From: Eledone cirrhosa
Lineage: Eukaryota
Direction of reading: 5' to 3'
NCBI GenBank assembly: GCA_964016885.1
Contig: OZ024743.1
Location: forward strand, 204,972,001-205,036,000
DNA length: 64,000 bases
Part shown: in pieces, positions 40,547 to 51,900 of the stretch
Layout of the letters: each line of letters begins with the position of its first letter
Position numbering within the stretch: the stretch's first letter is position 1
Made by a program: the position numbers and the translations under genes
The notes under the pieces: model-generated
Told to the model about the DNA's origin: nothing
What the model saw: the letters and a program-made list of their open reading frames with translations, nothing else
The model's database searches: none

Positions 40547-43500
40547 GACACACATATACACTCACATATATATATATATATATATATATGTGTATGTGAG
40601 TGTGCGCAAATACATATATATATACACACACACATACAAACACACAAAAAACACATACATATGCATACGTGCACACACACACACATATATCACATAGATA
40701 CAAAGATAAACATATAAATAGAGAGACATACAAATATATACAAAACCCATATACACATACATACAAACACGCATATACATATATATACATATATACACAC
40801 ATATATATTCCTATATACAAGCATACACATACACACACATATATACATATACATACACATATACATACTACACATTCACATACACACACATATATAATAC
40901 ATATATATACATATATATACATACATATGTATGTACAATCATATATACACACTCAATCTTACATTCATATTTACATGCTCATATATGTATTTTTATATTT
41001 AGAAATAAATACCAAAAAACTAAATAGACACCCGTCTACACATATATTCATACGTATACACTTACAAAAACAGATGATAATAGTATGGGGGAAAGGGGGG
41101 GTTTGGAGAAGGGGATCAAAGTAAATATATGTTTCAAGAAACATATAATATTTTCCATATCTTAATTCAATGTATGTTCTTACATATTTTCAGTGCTAGG
41201 AAACACGAAATCTATGCATCACAAAATAAAAAAGTATACCATTAATCATATGTCAACTAAACCAAAGATAGTCAACATATTGATTTCCAAGGTGTAAATT
41301 AGTTAGGTTTAAATATTTGAAGCAGAATTATGAAGTCAAACAGTAGTAGATTATTAATTACATTATAACTAAATTAAAGTTAATAACGTTATGGTATCAA
41401 TATTAGGAGATGAATTTAGTAATAGGGAAAAGAAACCCAAATAAAAATAAAATAAAGTATTACATCGGTAGTAGCATATAAATTATATGTTAACTAAGTT
41501 AAAAATTATATATTTATTTCAATAGTATACGTTAATTAGTATATGTTAATTAGGTATACAATACATAAAGCAGATATTGTATTTCATCAATAGCATAATA
41601 TAATTATATGCAAATAAAAATCAAAATTAATACGCATACATATACATATACATACACATACACATACATATACATATACATACACATATATATATATATA
41701 CATATACATATATATACACATACATACATATATAGTCACATAAAAATACATACGGATACACATACAACACACACATATACATATACATATAGATCTACAT
41801 ATCTTTTTCAAAAAATTGCACAGAATATATTAACTAGGTATATATCCAAAACACCTCCCATTCTATGATTACATGACATTCTGCAATTCGTCTGTACAAG
41901 GATACTAATTTTAAGCAAATTAAAATTAAAGTTTTAGGTTGATTAAAACTAAAACCAAATAATAAATATATTTCCAAAATGTATATTAATTAGGTCAATA
42001 ATACTAAAAATTCTTTCTCCGTCATAGGATACATGATATTATTTTGTTATATTTTATCTGTAAAAGAATTATAAAAAATTATAATAAAAGGTTAAACTAA
42101 ATTAAAAAATTATAATAAAAGGTTAAAATAAGTTAAAATTAATCTATAAATTAAATTACTGAATATATATTAGTAATATTTAAAGGTTTTTCAAAATTTA
42201 TGATTACATAATATTTTCTCATCTGTAATAAAATATTAATTAAATTAAATTTATAGGTTAACTAACATTTAAATTAAATTAAATTCTAGAATAATGTTAT
42301 TAATTAGGTTTATAATATTTAAATGTTTTTTTTAGTTTATGATTACACGATATAATTAATTCCTGTCTTTTATTTAATAAGATATCTCTAGACTTCATTA
42401 TTTCAAATAGTTCTTGGGAACATAATCTACATTCCTTTCTATTATTTTGATAAGGGGTGGCTCTCTTGAGCACACTCCAGGTCAAATCATATTTTATATT
42501 TTTATTTTTATAACTATTGATTTTTTCTGCTAGAGATGTTGTATTAGCCAGTGCGGCATTTTTAAAGCTATGTTTGTGGGTATTATACCTTGTCTTAAAA
42601 TTGTTAGAGGTAGCTCCTATATATGAGCAAATAGAATCTTTAGTTTTAACATTACATTTATAGACTATGTTGTTAACAAGACAATTCCCTTTTAATGGGC
42701 AGTTTGTTTTGTTTCTACAGTTACATCCTTTCGTTAATTCTGTATTTGAGGAGATATTATTGTTAATTTGATGTACTGGTGGTATACTTATGGTTTTCTT
42801 ACATTTATATGCATTATATGCACTTATATTTTGTTTTATGTTATTTGTTGTAGAGTATGAGAATTTAACTGTAGACCTATTTAAGATTTGATGGTATTTG
42901 TGGTTTGGCGGGAAGTTTTTCTCAAGGATATAAAAAAATTTTTTAGCAATATTATCCTTAACTTGTAAATTAAAAGGAGCATTATACCAAGTAACTCGTC
43001 TATTACGGTTTCTATGTTGTTTATTATTTTTATTATTTTTATATGTTGTATCATGATTTTTACTAGGAGGAATAATGTTAATGATCTCGCCACAACTATT
43101 TTTAGTTATATTTGTAGATTTAGGTGTTTTATCTTTTTTATTAGGAGTTTTATTATTAATATTTATTATAGTCGTATGATGAGTAGTTTTTTGAGGGTTA
43201 CTATACTTTATATTAGAAGATTTAGTATTTTGGGGTATACTGTGGGTGGCATTTAGGTGTGTACTTTTCATTTGGTGTTTGTTGGTAATATTATGCTGTA
43301 TGCTTTCAGTATTTTTAGTAGAAGGTATATATTCTAATCTATTTTTGTGGCCACTTCTATCTAGAGCTTCATTATAAAAGGTCACATTTTTATCAAATAC
43401 ATCTTGGTTAGAAGAAAGGTTAGAAATTCTAAGTGATATATTATATGCAAGGTTTTTAAGGATAGATTTAGGGTGATTAGATTGTGAGTGTATGTAATGT

Positions 43501-43758
43501 AAGTTTTGGTTAGGTTTATGGTAAGGTTGGTATATACCCGTAGCTAAATCTAAAGTTATATCTAGGAAATTTACTACTTTACTTGTTTTTTCAAAAGTAA
43601 TATTAAGATTATAATAGTCTTTAAGGAAAGTTCTAATATGCTTTTTGTTTTTTTCGATTTCTGAAAGGCTAAGGTTGTTAGAAAGAAGAAGACAGTCATC
43701 ACGATATAAACCACCTTTGAGGTGGGGAAAAGAGGCATTTATGTTGAAAAGGAGAAAG
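38731..43758 (-). mobile_element. Longer 5'-truncated PLE copy (RT C-terminal part + GIY-YIG + 3' region + hammerhead + ~135 bp extra 3' tail)
   Basis: The minus-strand frame reads FLLFNINASFPHLKGGLYRDD from ~43758 and stops at 42300. The 3' region runs to the (TA)n at ~38731. Confidence 0.88.
38920..39074 (-). ncRNA. Putative type I hammerhead ribozyme (mirror copy)
   Basis: Reverse complement of 47840-47994; TCTTCAG at 39058-39064 and AACGATCGTTTC at 38930-38941. Confidence 0.72.
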
Positions 43759-43907
43759 ATATTAATAATAAAACTCCTAATAAAAAAGATAAAACACCTA
43801 AATCTACAAATATAACTAAAAATAGTTGTGGCGAGATCATTAACATTATTCCTCCTAGTAAAAATCATGATACAACATATAAAAATAATAAAAATAATAA
43901 ACAACAT
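42300..43907 (-). CDS. 5'-truncated Penelope-like (Neptune-type) reverse transcriptase/GIY-YIG endonuclease; first ~49 aa are antisense of the inverted copy
   Basis: RT catalytic GLYRDD (YRDD at 43706-43695), VNFLDITL, thumb YxKP...YIHxxSNHP...LRISNLSS, RxVTWYNAPF, Cys cluster CNCRNKTNCPLKGNC, IVY-x12-YIG, FKTRYNTH, CRLCSQE, LLNKRQE and terminal CNH. The N-terminal RT motifs are absent. No internal stops. Confidence 0.88.
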   Translation of the reverse strand: MLFIIFIIFICCIMIFTRRNNVNDLATTIFSYICRFRCFIFFIRSFIINIFLLFNINASFPHLKGGLYRDDCLLLSNNLSLSEIEKNKKHIRTFLKDYYNLNITFEKTSKVVNFLDITLDLATGIYQPYHKPNQNLHYIHSQSNHPKSILKNLAYNISLRISNLSSNQDVFDKNVTFYNEALDRSGHKNRLEYIPSTKNTESIQHNITNKHQMKSTHLNATHSIPQNTKSSNIKYSNPQKTTHHTTIININNKTPNKKDKTPKSTNITKNSCGEIINIIPPSKNHDTTYKNNKNNKQHRNRNRRVTWYNAPFNLQVKDNIAKKFFYILEKNFPPNHKYHQILNRSTVKFSYSTTNNIKQNISAYNAYKCKKTISIPPVHQINNNISSNTELTKGCNCRNKTNCPLKGNCLVNNIVYKCNVKTKDSICSYIGATSNNFKTRYNTHKHSFKNAALANTTSLAEKINSYKNKNIKYDLTWSVLKRATPYQNNRKECRLCSQELFEIMKSRDILLNKRQELIISCNHKLKKTFKYYKPN

Positions 43908-44621
43908 AGAAACCGTAATAGACGAGTTACTTGGTATAATGCTCCTTTTAATTTACAAGTTAAGGATAATATTGCTAAAAAATTTTTTTATATCCTTGAG
44001 AAAAACTTCCCGCCAAACCACAAATACCATCAAATCTTAAATAGGTCTACAGTTAAATTCTCATACTCTACAACAAATAACATAAAACAAAATATAAGTG
44101 CATATAATGCATATAAATGTAAGAAAACCATAAGTATACCACCAGTACATCAAATTAACAATAATATCTCCTCAAATACAGAATTAACGAAAGGATGTAA
44201 CTGTAGAAACAAAACAAACTGCCCATTAAAAGGGAATTGTCTTGTTAACAACATAGTCTATAAATGTAATGTTAAAACTAAAGATTCTATTTGCTCATAT
44301 ATAGGAGCTACCTCTAACAATTTTAAGACAAGGTATAATACCCACAAACATAGCTTTAAAAATGCCGCACTGGCTAATACAACATCTCTAGCAGAAAAAA
44401 TCAATAGTTATAAAAATAAAAATATAAAATATGATTTGACCTGGAGTGTGCTCAAGAGAGCCACCCCTTATCAAAATAATAGAAAGGAATGTAGATTATG
44501 TTCCCAAGAACTATTTGAAATAATGAAGTCTAGAGATATCTTATTAAATAAAAGACAGGAATTAATTATATCGTGTAATCATAAACTAAAAAAAACATTT
44601 AAATATTATAAACCTAATTAA
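43722..44621 (+). CDS. Duplicate C-terminal fragment of the PLE ORF (linker, Cys cluster, GIY-YIG endonuclease); true homology begins at 43759
   Basis: Protein is identical to the minus ORF from INNKTPNKKDK to the end. Cys cluster starts at 44196, IVY at 44253-44261, YIG at 44298-44306. The start is GTG in the antisense spacer, so translation is doubtful. Confidence 0.8.
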   Translation: MGKRGIYVEKEKDINNKTPNKKDKTPKSTNITKNSCGEIINIIPPSKNHDTTYKNNKNNKQHRNRNRRVTWYNAPFNLQVKDNIAKKFFYILEKNFPPNHKYHQILNRSTVKFSYSTTNNIKQNISAYNAYKCKKTISIPPVHQINNNISSNTELTKGCNCRNKTNCPLKGNCLVNNIVYKCNVKTKDSICSYIGATSNNFKTRYNTHKHSFKNAALANTTSLAEKINSYKNKNIKYDLTWSVLKRATPYQNNRKECRLCSQELFEIMKSRDILLNKRQELIISCNHKLKKTFKYYKPN

Positions 44622-45119
44622 TAACATTATTCTAGAATTTAATTTAATTTAAATGTTAGTTAACCTATAAATTTAATTTAATTAATATTTTATTACAGAT
44701 GAGAAAATATTATGTAATCATAAATTTTGAAAAACCTTTAAATATTACTAATATATATTCAGTAATTTAATTTATAGATTAATTTTAACTTATTTTAACC
44801 TTTTATTATAATTTTTTAATTTAGTTTAACCTTTTATTATAATTTTTTATAATTCTTTTACAGATAAAATATAACAAAATAATATCATGTATCCTATGAC
44901 GGAGAAAGAATTTTTAGTATTATTGACCTAATTAATATACATTTTGGAAATATATTTATTATTTGGTTTTAGTTTTAATCAACCTAAAACTTTAATTTTA
45001 ATTTGCTTAAAATTAGTATCCTTGTACAGACGAATTGCAGAATGTCATGTAATCATAGAATGGGAGGTGTTTTGGATATATACCTAGTTAATATATTCTG
45101 TGCAATTTTTTGAAAAAGA

Positions 45120-46372
45120 TATGTAGATCTATATGTATATGTATATGTGTGTGTTGTATGTGTATCCGTATGTATTTTTATGTGACTATATATGTATGTA
45201 TGTGTATATATATGTATATGTATATATATATATGTGTATGTATATGTATATGTATGTGTATGTGTATGTATATGTATATGTATGCGTATTAATTTTGATT
45301 TTTATTTGCATATAATTATATTATGCTATTGATGAAATACAATATCTGCTTTATGTATTGTATACCTAATTAACATATACTAATTAACGTATACTATTGA
45401 AATAAATATATAATTTTTAACTTAGTTAACATATAATTTATATGCTACTACCGATGTAATACTTTATTTTATTTTTATTTGGGTTTCTTTTCCTTATTAC
45501 TAAATTCATCTCCTAATATTGATACCATAACGTTATTAACTTTAATTTAGTTATAATGTAATTAATAATCTACTACTGTTTGACTTCATAATTCTGCTTC
45601 AAATATTTAAACCTAACTAATTTACACCTTGGAAATCAATATGTTGACTATCTTTGGTTTAGTTGACATATGATTAATGGTATACTTTTTTATTTTGTGA
45701 TGCATAGATTTCGTGTTTCCTAGCACTGAAAATATGTAAGAACATACATTGAATTAAGATATGGAAAATATTATATGTTTCTTGAAACATATATTTACTT
45801 TGATCCCCTTCTCCAAACCCCCCCTTTCCCCCATACTATTATCATCTGTTTTTGTAAGTGTATACGTATGAATATATGTGTAGACGGGTGTCTATTTAGT
45901 TTTTTGGTATTTATTTCTAAATATAAAAATACATATATGAGCATGTAAATATGAATGTAAGATTGAGTGTGTATATATGATTGTACATACATATGTATGT
46001 ATATATATGTATATATATGTATTATATATGTGTGTGTATGTGAATGTGTAGTATGTATATGTGTATGTATATGTATATATGTGTGTGTATGTGTATGCTT
46101 GTATATAGGAATATATATGTGTGTATATATGTATATATATGTATATGCGTGTTTGTATGTATGTGTATATGGGTTTTGTATATATTTGTATGTCTCTCTA
46201 TTTATATGTTTATCTTTGTATCTATGTGATATATGTGTGTGTGTGTGCATGTATGCATATGTATGTGTTTTTTGTGTGTTTGTATGTGTGTGTGTATATA
46301 TATATGTATTTGCGCACACTCACATACACATATATATATATATATATATATATGTGAGTGTATATGTGTGTC

Positions 46373-46403
<31 letters not shown>

Positions 46404-46444
46404 ATATATATATATGTGTATGTATGTGTATGTGTGTGTATATA

Positions 46445-46485
<41 letters not shown>

Positions 46486-46604
46486 ATATAGGTGTCTATG
46501 TGTGAATATATGTCTTTATTCGTATGTGTGTATTTATATATGTATATATTTAGGTGTATGTATGTATGTGTATGTATGTATGTATATGTATATGCGTGTA
46601 TGTA

Positions 46605-46657
<53 letters not shown>

Positions 46658-46866
46658 CTTTATTATTATTGTAATATAACTTGTGTGTATGTATGTATAA
46701 GTGAGGTTGTGTATATATATATACTATGTGTATATATAAGAGTAATGAAATATATATATATGTATATGTGTGTGCATGTCTGTATTTTATGTGTGTGTGT
46801 ATATATATGTGTGTATGTGTGTATATGTGTATATATATATACATATATGTGTACGTGTGTGTATGT

Positions 46867-46911
<45 letters not shown>

Positions 46912-47020
46912 TGGGTGTTTGTATGTGTTTTTATGATGGTATGAGTGTGGAATATATATGTTTGTGTATGAGTATATGTATGTGTATGTATATATATATG
47001 AGTCTATGTGTGTGTGTATA

Positions 47021-47067
<47 letters not shown>

Positions 47068-47250
47068 ATGTGTGTATGTGTTGCGCGTGTGTGTGTCTGT
47101 ATTTATATCTTTTTATATGTGTATGTGTATGTTCGTGTAAATGTATGTGTGTCTATGACAGTATAGGTATGTGTGTATGTATGTATGTGTAGATATCTCT
47201 ATGTGCGCGTACATGTATGTATGTGTATGTATATCTGTATGCGTATATAC
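45120..47250 (+). repeat. Complex (TA)/(TG)/(TATG) microsatellite islands inside the PLE 3' region (mirror at ~39660-41800)
   Basis: TG/TA-rich blocks at ~45120-45290 and ~45960-47250, present in both arms. Confidence 0.85.
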
Positions 47251-47839
47251 ATTATATTATATGTATTATATTTTATTATTTTTATTTTTTTATTTTTCAT
47301 AATTTATAGATACATTTATATTAGGCTGTCTGGTCTGACAATCTAATGCTGACCCCTCCCCCCCCCCCCTCCCACCTAATTTCTGTATCTTGATCTTGAA
47401 ATGTGTGTACCAGTGTTTTATGTGAGTGACTTTATTTCTATTTGCTTATGATTTTATATCCACATATATAAATGTGAGTGGGGGGAGTGTGTGTGTTTGT
47501 ATGTTCGTGGTTATGTGTATATTTATACATATACGCACATGTATGTGTGATTATACTGATATGTGTGAGTATGAAAAAAATATATTTATATGCTTGACTC
47601 CATAAGTATCATTGCGTATCTTATCAGCGCATTAAGCTTACAGAGATATTAACCTTGAAATTTTTTATTTGCATCCATCTTTTTAGTATGCACATACAAA
47701 TTATACACATATTATTGTAAAATGTGTGTAAGGTTTTTACATGTATATACACACACCAAACTGCTTTTTAACCCTTTGTGTTTTCATTGGTCAATTTTGA
47801 ACTGATATTTTGAATTGTTGTTATTATCAATAAATATAC

Positions 47840-47994
47840 TTCATTATTTCTGAAGACGGCGTATATATGAGTTAGGTATGTATATTTAATCTTGATAATT
47901 TGTATAATTTTGTATAATTTTGTACATAGATCTGTTAAATATGCATACCAATTATAACACATATATGCCCTAGAAACGATCGTTAAATAGTGAA
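47840..47994 (+). ncRNA. Putative type I hammerhead ribozyme with extended helix II
   Basis: Helix I is TTCATTATTT (47840-49) pairing with AAATAGTGAA (47985-94). Core CTGAAGA (47850-56) and GAAA (47973-76). Minimal palindromic helix III C-GATC-G within AACGATCGTT; cleavage triplet GTT (47982-84). Its position near the 3' end fits known PLE hammerheads. Confidence 0.72.
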
Positions 47995-48145
47995 CTTTTT
48001 TTGTTTAATATAAGGAATTGTTTGTTCATTATTTGTTTAATATTTTATATATATATATATATTAAATATATATATATATATATATATATTAAATATATAT
48101 ATATATATATATATATATTAAATATATATATATATATATATATAT

Positions 48146-48180
<35 letters not shown>

Positions 48181-48770
48181 CACTTTCATGTTACACACTA
48201 TATATAAACTGGGATTTATATTTTGCGTTAGTGCCATATTAAGGTGACAACGATATATTCGTATCTTAAAAAATATTTTTTTTAGATCACATTGTTCTAG
48301 ATATTAAAATTATTAAATCTATTTTCAATTTGCACGAACACTTGCATATACTACATACATACATTTATATAGACACTAACACAAATATTAGCATATACAT
48401 AATTTCTTAGTCATTGAGGATGTGTTTTTATACATACATATGCATATTGCATACATACATACATACACACATACAAGCATATACATAGACATACACACAC
48501 ACATATATAAACACACTGTATATATATATATACATACACACACACACACATATATATATACACACACACACTATATATATATATAGTGTGTGGTGTATAT
48601 ATATATATGTTTGTGTGTGTATGTATATATATACAGTGTGTGTATATATATGTGTGTGTATGTGTATGTATATGCTTGTATGTCTGTATGTATGGATGCA
48701 ATATGCATATGTATGTATAAAAAACACATCCTCAATTACTAAGAAAATATGTATATGCTAATATTTGTGT

Positions 48771-48802
<32 letters not shown>

Positions 48803-48876
48803 CGCACACACTATATATATATATATATATACATACACACTATATATATATATATACACACACACTATATATTATA

Positions 48877-48910
<34 letters not shown>

Positions 48911-51900
48911 AATCCCATTAAAAACCACATTAAAAATTCAATTAAAAATCTATTTTGAAAAACCCATTAAAAACCCCATTATAAGCTCATAAAACACTCC
49001 ATTAAAACCCCAACCAAACCCCCCATTAAAACACAATTAAAACATCATTAAGAATGCCAATAAAAGCGCCATTAAAAACTACATTGGAAACCCATAAAAA
49101 CCCAATTAAAACAAAATTAAAGTTTCCATTAAAAGTCCCCATTAAAACTCCATTAAAACCCCCATTAACCCCCCCTCGAAAAGACATTAAAACCTCAAAT
49201 TTAAACCGAAATAAAAACTCAATTAAAACGCAATTAAAAACTCAATTAAAACACCATTAAAAACACAATTAAAAGCCCATTAAACCAATTAAAATTGCAT
49301 TAACACACCACTAAGGTTCTATTGGAAAACCATTAAAAATGTCATTAAAAACTACACTGAAAACCCATTAAACCCCCATTAAAAGCGCACCCAAAACTTT
49401 ATAAAAAAACAAATAAAAAACCCCATTAAAATACCATTAAAACGGCATAAAACACCATTAAAACTACATTAAAACTCAATTAAAAATTCCATTTAAATCT
49501 CCATTATAAACTCAATTAAAACTCCATTAAAACTCAATTAAAAACTCCATTAAAAACACACACACATGAAGTTACATGCTGGCTTGCACACTTATAGCGA
49601 TTGCTATTTCCTTTTAATTTCATTAAAACTAGGATGTTTTAGAAAGATAAAAACAAAACTGAATAATGAAGAGACTAGGGAGGGGTAAAGAAAGGCAGAT
49701 CAGGCTGTAGAGGACAGTAGGGGGAGAAGAGGGAAGAGACTTGGGAGGGGTAAAGAAAGGCAGATCTGGCTGTAGAGGACAGTAGGGGGAGAAGAGGGAG
49801 AAATAAACTAAATTATAAACTAAGTTATAAACTAAATTATAAACTAAATTAAAAACTCAATAAAATAAAATAAAATAAAATAAAATAAAATAAAATAAAA
49901 TAAAATAAAATAAAATAAAATAAAATAAAATAAAATAAAATAAAATAAAATAAAATAAAATAAAAAAAAATAAAATAAAATAAAATAAAATAAAATAAAA
50001 TAAAATAAAATAAAATAAAATAAAAAAAATAAAATAAAATAAAATAAAAAAAACTAAAAAATATAAATAAAATAAAATAAAATAAATAAAATAAAATAAA
50101 ATAAAATAAAATAAATAAAAATAAAATAAAATAAAAAAAAATAAAAAAAAATTAAATATAAAAAATAAATAAAATAAAATAAAATAAGAACTCAATTAAA
50201 AACTCAGTAAAAACTCAATTAAAAACTCAATTAAAAACTCAATCGAAGCACCATTAAAACACCATTAAAAACTCCACTATAAACCCACTAAACCCATTAA
50301 AAACCAATTAAAAATTCAATTACACATCCCATTAGAAATTTCATTAAAAACTCAATTAAAAGTTCCATTGAAAACACATTCAAAACCCATTAACCCCATA
50401 TTAAAAGTTCATAAAACTCTATTAAAAACCCAATAACAAACCAATTAAAACGCCATTAAAACGCCACAAAACACAATAAAATGTCATAAAAACGCCATTA
50501 AAACACCACAAAAAGCCCAATTAAAAAACCATTAATAATGTCATTAAAAATTCCATAAAAATCCATTAAAAACTCCACTAAAAGCCCATTAAAAAGTTCA
50601 TTAAAAGCCATATTATAAATTTCATAAAAAACAATTGAAAACCCCATTATTTATGAGCCTTTTTTTATGAGTTTTTAATAGTGTTTTAATTCAGTTTTTA
50701 ATTGCGTTTAAAATTGGGTTTTAATGGCTTTTTAATGGTGTTTTAATGGGATTTTCGATGGTGTTTAATGGGTTTTTTATGGAGTTTTTAATTGGGTTTT
50801 CAATGGTGTTGTTTATGAGTTTTTAAATGGGTTTTTAATGGAATTTTTGATTGCGTTTTTAATGAAATTTTTAATAGATTCAAGGATGTTTTAATGGAGT
50901 TTTTAATGGCGTTTTAATTGTGTTTTTATGGTGTTTAAATGCGTTTTAATGATTTTTAATTGGGTTTTTAATGGAGTATTTTTAATGAGCTCTTAATGGA
51001 TTTTTCAATTGGATACTTAATGGGTTTTAATGGAATTTATAATAAGGGTTCTAATTGACTTTAAATATGATTTTTAATGGAGTTTTTAATGAAATTTCTA
51101 ATGGTGTTTTTAATTGCGTTTCCCCCCGTGAGGGTTTTAATGGCATTTTAAATGACATTTTAATGAGTTTTTATGATGTTTTAATGGCGTTGTAATTGTT
51201 TTTTATTGGGTTTTTAATATAATTTTGTATGAGCTTTTAATGGGGGTTTTCAATGTTGTTTTTAATGGAGTGTTTAATGGAATTTTAATGGGGGTTTGAT
51301 AAAAAAAATTAATTGCTTTTTAATTTAATTTTTAATGCGTTTTTGATGGTGTTTAAGTGCGTTCATGATGATCTTTTTAATGGATTTTTAATGGGGTTTT
51401 AATTGAATTTTTAATGGTGTTTTCAATGTAATTTTTAATGATAGTTTAATGGTGTTTTAATGACGTTTTAATTGTGTTTTTTATGGTGTTTTAGTGACGT
51501 TTAAATAGGATTTTTAATTGGTTTTTTAATTGAGTATTTATATGAGTTTTCACTGGTGTTTTTAATGGGTTTTTCAATATTGCATTTAATGAAATTTTTA
51601 ATATGGTTTCAAATGGAATTTTTAATGTGTTTTTAATTGGGTTTCTAGTGACGTTTTTAATGGTACTTTAAATGACGTTTTAATGACTTTTATGGCGTTT
51701 TAATGGGTTTTTTAATTGGGTTTTTAATGTAGTTTTTTAAAAGATCTTTACTTGGGATTTTATGGGTTTTCAATGCGGTTTTTAATGGTATATTAATGGA
51801 GTTTTTGGTGTGGTTGTTAATGGTATTAGTGACATTTTAATGTGTTTTTAATGGTGTTTTAAGCGAGTTTCTGATTTAGTTTAAATTTAAATATTTGATG

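Larger units (their letters stand above)
38731..48048. mobile_element. Penelope-like retroelement insertion (Neptune-like): two 5'-truncated copies joined head-to-head, inserted in a (TA)n tract
   Basis: Sequence is absent from all other units and flanked on both sides by the (TA)n/TTAA block. Removing 9318 bp restores a normal ~6.1 kb unit. It encodes RT (YRDD) and GIY-YIG, and its arms are inverted. Confidence 0.9.
43759..48048 (+). mobile_element. Shorter inverted 5'-truncated PLE copy (linker + GIY-YIG + 3' region + hammerhead)
   Basis: Reverse complement of 38866-43162; in the coding part the mirror positions sum to 86921 (42300+44621; 43162+43759). It ends TAATATTTTAT|ATATAT. Confidence 0.9.

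Noticed and set aside
39717-41868. Cys/His-rich ORFs in the insertion (mirror at 45110-47192)
   Set aside because: Microsatellite translations open in several frames on both strands; not metal-binding proteins.
42300-43758. Group II intron/retron RT, homing endonuclease, or selenoprotein-type (Naiad) PLE
   Set aside because: Motif order RT-thumb-Cys-GIY-YIG is PLE-type with a C-terminal endonuclease; no in-frame TGA in the retained ORF.
38866-48048. DNA transposon or Polinton with long TIRs, or LTR element
   Set aside because: No transposase, integrase, polB or gag. The inverted arms include coding sequence and are explained as two truncated RT/GIY-YIG copies.
38690-48070. Target-site duplication
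   Set aside because: Both flanks are (TA)n. The interrupted tract seems to have one more TTAA block than unit 6, but block number varies among units, so no TSD can be defined.
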